DNA from: Antedon mediterranea
Taxonomy: Eukaryota > Animalia > Echinodermata
DNA length: 64,000 bases
Direction: 5' to 3'
Assembly (NCBI RefSeq): GCF_964355755.1
Contig: NC_092677.1
Location: 9,818,101 to 9,882,100, forward strand
A program made the position numbers and the translations under genes. Position 1 is the stretch's first letter. Each line of letters begins with the position of its first letter. Below the pieces are notes generated by a model. That model was not told where the DNA came from and did not search any database. It saw only the letters and a list, made by a program, of their open reading frames with translations. Below, in pieces: positions 14,419 through 26,532 of the stretch.

Positions 14419-15375
14419 GATTAATAGTAATAGGAAGAGGTACTGACCCAGAATGATAGAAATAAATGAATGAATCCACACAATTTTTAGAAATGTTGTA
14501 TTATTTATATTTAAAAAACATTTTTCTTCCTTTATTTGATGTAGGTTGGCCTTCATCAAGTCCTTAGAATATGTGCATCAAACATGCGATGATAAACCAT
14601 GAACCCAATAGATTATTACATTTCCTGTCATGTAAACCAATGTTATATGTCATGGTCCATTGGTTAAAAAATAAAATCTTGTATTTGTCAGCCATCTATC
14701 AAAAACTGCATTAAAAAATCCGTAGGGAAAAGGTCCACATCTGCTGTATATGGAACATTTCAAATTTGGATTTGTCAGGTTGTGTTTTTTATCTGTCCAC
14801 AGTCTTTCCTTCGTAAATTTCTGGTCAATGATTTCTTATCTAATTTTTTAAAAGCCAACTGGTACTGTCAGGCTTGACAATTTAAAGCACTCCATCCAAT
14901 TTCCAAGGGTCAAGTCTTGGCAAAGTTAAATGTGTCTAATAGCGATTGTTTTGCCATATTTTAGGAATTCTACCTGGTAAAACGTCAAAAATATGTTTAC
15001 GATAATTGAGAAATTAATTAAAATAAATAAATTTCTCTGTCCAGAACTTGACCACTAAACTCATTTCATGCTTCCTGTTCCTGAAAGGAGTTTCCTTTAT
15101 ATTCAAAGTTGTGTGTGTGTGGCAATTAATATTGTATGAATATATTTGTAATGAAAATAAAAGTGTTTTTTTTCTGAAAGCTTGCCACTACTTTCTGGTA
15201 GCCACTGACACACAGCATTGTTATTTTTTCAGTAATTTGCCTTTTGACTTACTAGGTATAAGGTGTAACAGTACCATAATGTCAATCTATTAATGAATTG
15301 TTCTTAATATTCTCAACCTGTTTAGTAGTATGTTCGGTATTAATTGACAGCATACTGACGCATGAGCAAAAACCT

Positions 15376-16017
15376 TTAGACCCTGCTCATGTTCCACTGG
15401 ACATAGCATACATTACATGGGGAACCATTAGACCCTGCTCATGGGCCCCCCTGTAAGCTCCAGAGCCCCTAGGTTTACCCAGTGAGCACTCATAGCTATT
15501 ATGCCACTGGACATAGCATACATTACATGGGGAACCATTAGACCCTGCTCATGTGCCCTCTGTAAGTTCCAGAGCCCCTGGGTTTACCCAGTAAACACTC
15601 ATAGCTATTATGCCACTGGACATAGCATACATGACATGGGCAGGAACCATTAGACCCTGCTCATGGGGCCCCCTGTAAGCTCCAGAGCCCCTGGGTTTAC
15701 CCAGTAAGCACTCACAGCTATTATGCCACTGGACATAGCATACATTACATGGGGAACCATTAGACCCTGCTCATGGGCCCTCTGTAAGTTCCAGAGCCCC
15801 TGGGTTTACCCAATAAGCACTCATAGCTATTATGCCACTGGACATAGCATACATTACATGGGGAACCATTAGACCCTGCTCATGGGCCCCCCTGTAAGCT
15901 CCAGAGCCCCTGAGTTTACCCAGTGAGCACTCATAGCTATTATGCCACTGGACATAGCATACATGACATGGGCAGGAACCATTAGACCCTGCAGATCCCC
16001 TGAGTTTACCCAGTGAG
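15376..16017. repeat. ~110-bp tandem repeat x~5.5
   Basis: TTAGACCCTGC recurs at 15428, 15538, 15650, 15760, 15869 and 15982. Confidence 0.95.
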
Positions 16018-16587
16018 TGCTTATACACTGGATTTAACATACTGACAGGAACCTTCTCCTCATAAATTGAAAGTGTTTGGTTGTTTTTGTATTTGTTCTT
16101 GATGACCATAGTGAAGGATCTTGCCTGCGGACAGCTTACCCACATCAGTAGGGTAGTTTTTTTTCTTGTTTGATTGCCAATGTGTACTTTTCTCATTTTT
16201 TTCGACGTTTCTCGTCACGGGTGACATGTGTTCACTATTTTATGGACACACAGCTGTTTCATATTTTACTGCATTTAACTAAATTTACCAAATTATTAGT
16301 CAAATTTGCTGACTAACCGACCGATCGTGGGGCTGACTGATTTTACTGATGAAACGCATGCCAGGTGCGATGCGACCTCTATCAGTCACGGTCAGAAGGT
16401 TTCACCTCGGAACACAGGATTATCTCATTGAACATCGGACATGATTATTGCCCAGCTTGGAGCAATCTCTGATTCCGGTTGTGGGAGCTCCTTGCTTGGG
16501 TAGTCAACAACATTTTGTACACCTGGGAATATCTTGTATAGTGAACTAACACTGAGTAGAACCCCTCCTTTGGAACTTCCTTATTTA

Positions 16588-16716
16588 AGCTCTGTCTACA
16601 CACTATCAAACTTTATGTGAAAAGTGTGATGCGCCCATATATGGACATGATGGTGTCATATCACAACCATATTTGGGCATATCACACTTTTTTGTCCCAT
16701 ATAGTGTAGACAGAGT
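16588..16716. mobile_element. ~150-bp MITE family, copy
   Basis: AGCTCTGTCTACA...ATAGTGTAGACAGAG termini and the same internal sequence. Confidence 0.88.
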
Positions 16717-17453
16717 CCTGAAGGTAATTCTGCAAGAGTTTTGAAGCCCATGGAAGTACTGAAAATAAGTTTTTTGACTAAATTTTGTTGTGCACAATTA
16801 ATTAACATTAATTTTTAGGAGGCAAAAGAAAGATTTTATGAAACTACTAAATGGCCTTTTAAATTTTGATTTTATTCATCTTTATTTTTCGTGTTCTGAA
16901 TCTACAAATATTATGGATGACAAAGGCAGACATGTTGCCATTAGTTTCCAAAGTGTAGCTACCAAATAGATTATTATTATTAATTATCGCGATACTGTAG
17001 ATAGCGTATGTAAATGTGGATTGGATTGAACACTGTTGCTGTGTCATTCTGCGTATTGAAACGATAATATCACGAGATCTGAATCTGATTCTGCACCTGT
17101 CAAATGGTTTGTGTTTTATCTTCCTCAATACACAGCGGGATATTTCTATAATGTTTACTGAATGTTGTTAAGACTAAAGGTCTATTTCGAGTAGGGTTAT
17201 TCCTGTGGGGGTTAGATTTGAGATTTCAAATTGCGATCTTTGTTTATCTGTCTGATCACCTCGATTTTGAAGAAATCTGATGATTAAGAATATTTATTGT
17301 GAAGTGTTTTTTTCAATACAATTACAATGCAATGATGGTTTTGTTGTTTATCACGTAGGCCTTTCATGTCTCTTCAGTTTGAGTTCCTAAAACAGAAATG
17401 CATTGCTTTTCTGATCTGATTTCAGTATAGCTATCTCTAAATATTTCATCAAT

Positions 17454-17590
17454 ACAGCAGAACTCCTATTAAGGGGACACCTTCAGGACAATTAACAATG
17501 TACCTGTACCTCTTAGTAGATGTTCCTTTGGTTTCTGCTTGTTTGTTTAACAGATAACCAAGTGTTCCCTCAACAGGAGTGTCCTATATT
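17454..17590. mobile_element. Degenerate Tc1/mariner-like MITE fragment
   Basis: Starts CAGCAGAACTCCTATTAAGGGGACACC after TA; shares the AGGGGACAC motif with 57275-57446 and the 55-kb minisatellite. Confidence 0.4.
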
Positions 17591-18152
17591 AAGTAAAAGG
17601 ACCTTTCCAAATCAGAAATCCCTATCAATGAGTACACTTTCCTATGAAATGAACAAGGAACATCTACTGTACAGTGTATGAAAGTCAAATAAGGTCACAA
17701 TTTATAAACTTGTTCCGACTTGCTGATGTAACACCTGGTGTCTTGCAACACTGGAAGTAATAGACTTAAATTCCGTATGCGTTTTCCATATGCAAGGTAG
17801 ATTTCAAGGGATAGATAATGCTTTCATTGTTAAAACAGAAGGCTGATCTGTAACACCTTATATTTGGGATTATATACAATGCTCAATGCATACTTTATGT
17901 CTGTTTATAATCCTATTCCATATAATTTGAAGGGTCCAAAGCCTGGGAAATCTCGGCTATGTATCTGATCCTCGGATCTTGAACTTTCATATAGCATGGT
18001 AAATGCATCAAATATGGGTGTAGACATAGGGCATGAGAGGTGTATTTCCTTAAAAATAGGTACTTTCAGGTGATTGACCAAGCCTAACCTAAGAAATCTG
18101 TTTAGCATGAGGCAATACGACCTTGCACAAGCACATAATCGTTTCACAGTTA

Positions 18153-18205
18153 AACATAGGCCTACATTTAACATAGGCCTACATTTAACATAGGCCTACA
18201 TTTAA
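18153..18205. repeat. 17-bp tandem repeat x3 (AACATAGGCCTACATTT)
   Basis: Direct copies visible. Confidence 0.9.
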
Positions 18206-20091
18206 CGTGCTCCTATTTAAAATTTCATTAATTTCCTTTTTGTTTAAAAATATGCATGTTACTTAATGTTTCTTTTTATTTTATCAATTTAATTTAAAAC
18301 ATTGCTTTACAAAATGTATTGTTCCCCAAAAACATACAGAATGAACATTAATAAAAAGAAAAAAATAAACTGTTAAATTAAACCAAAAACCAGCCAATTT
18401 GACTTTTTTTTTTGCTTTAAATTACATGGTGTTTTTTTTCCAGGTAAATCTTTGTTAATTTAATCAAAAAATGTAAAAGGTATATCTGTATATATATCAT
18501 AGGCACAGAATAAATTCTAAACTTTCAGGTGATACAAATCATTTTGTATAGTACTGTACTTTTATAAATGATAAATCATGTGAAATCAATTTTAAAGTAA
18601 AATAACAAAAACTGCATATATTTAGAGACACAGAAACAAATGAGACATTTAATAACCACCTGTAATGCATTGATTAATTATGTAAAGGATTTATTAGCAC
18701 CGTCTGCATGTCATATCAAACCTTTGAATAAGGAAATTACATAATTATTATATAAAAATTGAATTTTTTAGTTTATCCAAACAAAAGGTTTTTACATTTC
18801 AGATTTCTTTTACCAAAATGTAGTGTTTTTTTATGTGATTTAAAATCTTAATTTTTTTTAAATTTATGTTGTCATAAATCTGTTACGTGGTATGTTGTAA
18901 TAAATCTTTAATTAGAATGTATTAAGAACAGCTGAATTAACTTCTTATTGGCTTTCTAAAATCTATCAATCAATCTTGATCGGTTGATTGATTACGTAAT
19001 ACGTGGGATGAACTAGTATTATGCTGCAAAAATTTAAAAATAACTTTTAAAATGACAGAATCTTAAACAAATATAGATTGTGTAATTAAAAGTGTAACTA
19101 TATGAATTTAAGTGTAACTATATGAATTTATATCATGGTCTTTTTTAGGTATGTGAAACATATTTTTTGTTAATTAAGTATTTTTAAGAAACTAACCAAC
19201 TGTTAATTGTTTTCTGGTTTCCTAAAAACATCATTATATTATATTGAACTGAGCGATGGATTTAAAAAGGTTTCTATTCAATACAAAAATGCTGCGTTTT
19301 ACTCCTCAATCAAGCTAAAATATATAACCTACATTTGTATACAACTGCAATATTATCTCACCGAGCTCATCAATTTATATCATCAATTGATCTAGCCCCT
19401 GTTTTCTCGGACAAAGAAAATCACCTTTCTTGCTCTCTTGGGTTCCCAATCTTTTGCGAGCAAACATTTCGCTGTCGCTAACTTATAAATCTGTTATGAT
19501 CCTTTTGAACATGCATTCTTTGCGATTTCCTTCGAAAACAGGCTGAGCACCTGGTTTCTGATGTCCGCACATGCCGTTTTCTCGCATCCTTTGTTTCTTT
19601 GGATGTACATACCTGCGGACAATTTCCTCTCCGGAAAAGAAGTCGTAAGTGTAGACGTTTAGGCAGGTGAAAACCGGTGAATTTATTCAATAAGGTTTCT
19701 GCATGCAGGTGGCCCTTCATCGTTGACAAAGGTGAAATTGGCTGCTGATGTATATTGATATTAACAAAACGATCACGTCATAGCACTCATCAAATATAAC
19801 AATATGCTTTTCTTCTTGGGTTAAATAACATTTAATTATCAATATTAATATACATTTTTTGGATTATGGTGTTAAATTATGTTTTTAGGTATTAAATTAT
19901 TCTGGTCATTCACTTGTGAATGCACTTTGAATGCAATTTTTTTGGCATTAAAAGCTTTTTTCATTTTCATTAGATGCAGATTGAGTTAACATGAATCGAG
20001 TCATTATTCAAGCTATCAAGTATCAAGTGTTTTGTGTTTATCACTTTGTTCAGTTAACAATAACCGCCCTAAGACTGAGTTGAAACCAAAT

Positions 20092-20795
20092 ATTGGCCCT
20101 ATAATGTTCCAGTTGGACAAAAAGGAATTAAGTTTCCCATAGTGGGCTTATATTCGAACAATATATTACATAGTATTCATTCAATTTGACATTACTCGTG
20201 CGATTGTGATCTGGGTTGATCACTGTTTACTACAAACACAGCAATATTACATGATTCAGAGTAAAGTGGCCCTATAATGTCCCAGTGGGACAAAAGGTAT
20301 GACGTAGTGGGCTTATTCTTCAGTCAGGACAATACATTTTCTAATTTCCAAGCCCTTTAATAAATTTGACATTACTCGTGCGATTTAGATCTGGGTTGAT
20401 CAATGTTTACTACAAATACAGCAATATTACATGATTCAGAGTAAAGTGGCCCTATAATGTCCCAGTGGGACAAAAGGTATGATGTAGTGGGCTTATTTTT
20501 CAGTCAGGACAATACATTTTCTAATTTCCAAGCCCTTTAATAAATTTGACATTACTCGTGCGATTTAGATCTAGGTTGATTAATGTTTACTACAAATACA
20601 GCAATATTACATGATTCAGAGTAAAGTGGCCCTATAATGTCCCAGTGGGACAAAAAGTATGACGTAGTGGGCTTATTCTTCAGTCAGGACAATACATTTT
20701 ATAATTACCAAGACATTTAATAAATTTGACATTACTCGTGCAAATTAGATCTGGGTTGATCAATGTTTCATATTATGCAATATTACATGATACAG
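20092..20795. repeat. 180-bp tandem repeat x~4
   Basis: ATTTGACATTACTCGTGC at 20184, 20364, 20544 and 20724, an exact 180-bp period. Confidence 0.95.
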
Positions 20796-22739
20796 AATAC
20801 ATAACCATACATGTATTTATAAAGACATTCAAGTAATTTTTGACAGATCTGTTAGTAACTGAACCCAGACTGGTACTAGTCTGGGCAGTACCTATCCAAA
20901 CCACAAAATCATATGTGAATTATTTCTATATGAATTATGAGATGTAATGCAGATGGTTATGATAAAATAGTGTAGGTTTTTATGTAATGTGCTTGTCAAT
21001 GTCAGGCTTGAGGATGATTCAGCAGGATTGGTGGGTTAGTTCTACTGGGAACATCGATTTAAAATGGGGAAACCATTACAATTAAATTGGGTCAACTGAC
21101 CAAGTGTTGGCAGAGCGTCACAAACGATATCTATAATATCGGCATAGGTTTATACCTCTTCACGACCATACTGTAGTTCTGGTGGTAGAAATAGTCTTCC
21201 CAGCTTACCTGATTCTCAGTGCTGTGTCTTTACTACAATTATATTTGCCTAGTATAGGATTATTTGCTAATACATACGTCACGTGTATCATGTATGATTT
21301 AGTTAAGTGTTATGGTATATGATACTACCTGGGGATACACTTTCCATTATCAAATATTCCTATACCGAAAAAATCTAAATAGGCTTGAGTGACTGAGTAT
21401 CGGATTAGGACTGGATTCTAGGTCCAGTGTACACATCTGATTTTTGTGCCTTTTAAAAGAATTTCACTGCATCTTTTGGAAGAGTGGAGGACCCCTGTTT
21501 TCTGGTATATCACATCCCTGTCAAAAGAATGACTGAAAGAGTGAAAACCTCTGATCTATTTCAATACACAAGAAGAGATCATTTTGGATGCGTCTGCATG
21601 ATATTAAAATGTTGAACCATTGATCGTTGTTCCATTGGTTTTAGAAGAGAGATTATCATTTTTGAAAGTCACTATAGTTACTACAATCTGGTAGATGTGA
21701 CACGTATTCTGGACATTTTTCTTCCATGTTTCAATGTGATGCCTTCTTATATAAAAAAAAAAGACAAAGAAATGTTTACTCAACTGTCTCTAATCCAAAA
21801 CTCTACTAAATAATTACTCAAAACATCTGCTAAATTTAAATTATCAATATTAGATGATAAATTATAATATTAGATATCTGTAAACATTGAGAAATCATCA
21901 TCAATTTCTACTATTTAATTTTTATTATGAACATCTGCAAAAAGTCAATTCAATTGTTTTTGTATCAATTCTGATTTTTTAAGCCTGTTAAATAATTAAA
22001 AACATGTTTTTAAAATTATTTTTTCTAATTTAATATTGCATTTTAATAGATAGGTTATTATGTAATTCTAATCTAATAATGTGCATATAATATTTTATAT
22101 GTTATATACGGATTAATAAATTAAAAAATATTATGACATCAAGTTTAAACTGAACAAAAATTACAAATACAACTGTAGAAATTTCATCTGCGCAAATTTT
22201 TAAATCTAATCTTTAAAATTGCTTGTCATTTATCTGTTAAGTTGCGCAGGATGTATCTATGTCTGTTGACAAGTTAATACAACTCTATTGTCAAATTTTA
22301 GATGGAACAGCTGAATAGTTGATCAAAATATGAAATTTACGGAAAATGTAATTCGTCATTGAGAAATCATTGAATCTTTCATTAATACCTTTGACCAATG
22401 CGGTAATGACTAAGGGTTTTGTCTGTTTTGTTGCTAAATCATTCTTTATCATTCAAAGCAATTCAGATTGTATTATGATTATAGTTGATGAAGACAATGT
22501 TCTTTATGTTGATATAGTTGTGATATTGGCTTCTGGACTTGTGAGCTATAGAGCTTCATTGACGCTTTAGAAGCTCCAGACGTTTTTGTCGAACAAATAA
22601 ATGAAATGACTCTGGAAATAATGAATGAATATTGTGGAAAGAGGTGTACTGTGTGGAGAATGAGTGAAGTAAGATTTGCATCACGTTTTCAAAAATGAAA
22701 TAAAGTAAAATTGAGAATGTCTTGCTACGTCTTCTGGAG

Positions 22740-23250
22740 TAGTGCTATATGAAGTGGCAGATCTGGTGGTGTCAAAAGCTACTAAGGGAAGCATTCTGGT
22801 AATGCTCTCTTGTCTTGTTGATGTCATCATTAAGTAGTAGTGCTATATAAAGTAAATGTGGTACAATAAAAGCTATTAAGAGAAGCACTCTGGCATTCTC
22901 TCCTCTTCTACGTAAGATGTTGTTAAGTTCCATCTGTTGATGTCATCACTCAATATTTTGTTACATCTTCTAGTAGTGCTAGAACATGGCACATCTAAGG
23001 TGTTGCCATAAAAGCTACTAAGGGAAGCACTCTGGCATCCTCTCTTCTTCTACGTAAGATGTTGTTAAGTTTCATCAGTTGATGTCATCACTCAATATTT
23101 TGTTACATCTTCTAGAGTAGTGCTAGAACATGGCATCACTCTAAGCTGGCACCATAAAAGCTACTAAGGGAAGATCTCTAGTATCCAATCTCTTCTCTTT
23201 TTCTACGTAAGACGATGTTAATTGCCCCATCTGTTGATGTCATCACTCCA
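22740..23250. repeat. Diverged ~95-146-bp tandem repeat x4
   Basis: AAAAGCTA(C/T)TAAG(G/A)GAAG and GTTGATGTCATCA each recur four times. Confidence 0.9.
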
Positions 23251-24059
23251 TGTGATTCTCTGTCTTGCTCTTGTGCCGTTGATTGTGCCCTCTAAAAGTA
23301 CCTTGCCAAATATCCTATACTGAAAATTATGTTCTGAAAAAGTTGATCAAATCAAATTGGCTAAGAATATTTGCATTTTAGTTTTATTTCTTTTTTTTTA
23401 TAGCTTTATACACTCCAATAAAACATCAGTAATGGTTTGCTATGGTATCACACTTAATTTGAAAGTTTATTTTTTATGTACATTGTAAGATTAAGATATG
23501 TAATATTATTTCAAGCTATAACAATTGCATTCTTCTGAAGTAATTAGATTTGAATATATCTTTTATTATAAAGAGTAAAATTATTGTTCTCAAGAGTCCT
23601 CAATAATAAATAAACCAAAACCAACCAAGTTCACGAGAAATTGAAGTAGAATTAAAATAAGAATTCATCTTCTTTATTGGTGACTGTCATGTCCCATATG
23701 ACATATATAATTTTTTTCTCACAAACCAATAATATAAGCTAATAAAATAATGTCCATTGTGATAACATGTTGTTTCGCAGATATTTTTAATACAATTAGG
23801 TAGGTGTAAATACAAAAGAGGCTTTGAAGGAAGGAGAAGATCCAGGATTTTAAAGCGGAAAGAGCACTGTGTAAAATATGTCTGTATATAATATAGTCTC
23901 AGAATCCTTTTTATTCCCCTGGAACTGGAGCCTCAAGCGTGTCTCCCCCCCCCCCCCCCCAAAATAATGACAATCGCATGTTATCTCATATCGGTCCACA
24001 TCATCGTTTTGCTGATTGATTGCGAAATAAAATAGCATGCTTTAAGGGTTGCCCATACT

Positions 24060-24279
24060 CATGAGTTGACCCAGGTCAAAATGTATGTCACAATAATCGC
24101 TATTTGTGTTGCAGCTAAAAACTGCTCCTCGATAAATGGTTATTTGGCGTTAAAACACGCAATCGATTGAGTGTTTTTAATCAGTTATTTTTTAATCGGT
24201 TATGTCATTTTTCACCGTTTCTGGTGCTCAAAAATAATCGGTTAATAACCGATTATTCCTACTTAGAAGAAACAGGCCC
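24060..24279 (+). mobile_element. Right end of a Harbinger-type MITE (sister of 52518-53371)
   Basis: Shares GTGTTGCAGCTAAAAA.TGCTCC and ends AGAAACAGGCCC. Confidence 0.7.
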
Positions 24280-25979
24280 TTTGAAATATTCAAATTCCAT
24301 CTTTTACAGTATATCTAAAATTAGACGTTGTGACCAGCTCATAAGTTTTTAATAATAGCAATATAGAAAAATATGTTTTTTTAAAAACAAAATATTGTGT
24401 TGATTAAAATTGAAATGATTTTTATGAACTATAAATCCAGATTGTCACAAAATGAAATTGATATTCCAGTGGAATTGACATGTCTAAATAAATAATACAC
24501 AAGTAATAATAAAACTGATGAAATAAGCAGGTGGACGCTTTCTAAGATTTTGTTCTTTTATCTGACTTGGCAGCGAAGTATAATGCCTCATTTACCTATA
24601 AATACATTACCTAAAAACAACACATGCTGATGTGGCCTAGTGTAAACCCCAGGCCTCCGAAGCACCTGTTGACAATCATTCTAGGAGCCAGTCTGTCTGA
24701 TCAGTGTCATTACCGTGCTGATCCACCTGCTCTATTCCCTGTTTTACCACTCTAGATACTCAGCAGTTTTTGTTCTTAGTCTAGAAAAGTTTGAATGTTG
24801 GAAATGTATAAAGATTGTAATTGTTTACATTATTTGTAGTAGGCCTAAAACTACTTTGATGTTAATGTATTTATGTTTACAAATGCAGTGTAAAGCTGGC
24901 ACGGCTTACACTAATCATAAGGTAATCAACGGAGTATAATGTTCTTCACACGAATGGCGTTTGTTATATTGATGACCGACTTTAAAAACAGAAATACTTT
25001 TATGGCTTAAAAAGCAGCCAAGAGTTCTCTATTTTAGTTTTCTCATGATAGTGGTTTCTTTTTGTCCCTAGCAGCGAAAATGTTTGATCATTTATTAATG
25101 ATCTTTTTTCCCGAAAGTAACTCTGCTTTTAGCCATTTTAACGCCACTGCCTAGTTCACTCTAGAAATGCGCTACACCAGCCTTAACGCCATATTTGTCA
25201 ATATTTTCTTACATAGTTGTCTTCCCCTTACAGCCCAGATACACATAATCATGGATACTGTACGAAAAAATGTTTTTTCAGACATTGCAGTGAAGTATGC
25301 ATTATTTACCTATGAATACATAAAAACAACACATGCTAATGTGGCCTAGTGTAAAAAATGTAAAAAAAAGATGGCAATATTTTCAGAAAACTGCTTTCTA
25401 AAAAAAAAGGAATTTTTCCCCACAAAAGCTTGAAAAATTACTTGAAATGACTCCTTTATTTCAAACATCTGGTATTTATTATTCTCTAATTTTTAATATG
25501 GTTTGTATTCCTACAAAGATGAATATCTTTCATATGTCTTTAAAATTAATTAATTTGCCATTTTACTTTTTTTCGGTTGCTTGTGGGTTTTAGGAAATTT
25601 TAAATGAATGTCTTGACAGCATGATCATTTTTTACCTTATCTCCTGTACCTCTCATGTTATTTAGCTTGTCAACACCTGTCAAGATTTTGAAGAGTTTTT
25701 TTTTATCCTTTAGAAACATGATTCACTTTCACTTACAAAAAAAAAAAATAGATATTCATATTTTATAGGATTAAAGCTCAGCTGTGCATGTCACAGCAGT
25801 TATTATGTCAAAGAAATTCTTGTACTGAACTCTGTTATGATTGAACCATTGAGTTTAGGATTGGTATGTAAACCACCAAGCTATAAACACCACTATTGTC
25901 AATGTTACCAATAAACACTAGTGCATGCTGCTACGTATGACTTAAAAGCCTAATGTATTTTATTTCACTACTAAAACAA

Positions 25980-26190
25980 AATGTTTCATACATGTTGTCC
26001 AACCATGAGTCAAAATAGGTACCTAGATCGTGCTTGTCTTTGGTTTCTTGTTTTCTTGTGCCATCAAGGATGTTTCATACACGTTTCCAACCATGAGTCA
26101 AAATGGGTATCTAGATGGTGGTGCATGTCTTTGTTTTCAAGGAGGATATTTCATACACGTTTCCAACCATGACTCAAAATGGACATAGAT
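25980..26190. repeat. ~80-bp diverged tandem repeat x3
   Basis: TTTCATACA..TCCAACCATGA.TCAAAAT occurs three times. Confidence 0.85.
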
Positions 26191-26405
26191 GATGTGCTGC
26201 TATGTCTGTTTCTCATTTGTTGCCTTTGTTTTCTTTTGTTCTTTCTACTACAGTAGTGGTGCCTTCGATGTACAAAATAGCATTTTTTTAAATTTATGTA
26301 ACATTACGTTTTGTTGGAAATGATGTAGATTTTAGAAAAGCCAATTTTCTGGGACAACTCCGAACTTCGAAGCCCACTTGAATCCAGATCGTAATAGTCT
26401 TAATA

Positions 26406-26532
26406 GTCTACACTATCAAACTTAATAAATGTGACAACAATATTTGATGTCCCCGGACATGATAATGTCATATCACTACCATATTTGGGCACATCACACT
26501 TTGTCAAACTAGTTTGCTAGTTAGACAGAGCT
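26406..26532. mobile_element. ~150-bp MITE family, copy
   Basis: GTCTACACTATCAAACT...AGACAGAGCT. Confidence 0.82.

Noticed and set aside
15771-16196. 141-aa ORF
   Set aside because: Largely overlaps the 110-bp tandem repeat; no recognisable domain.
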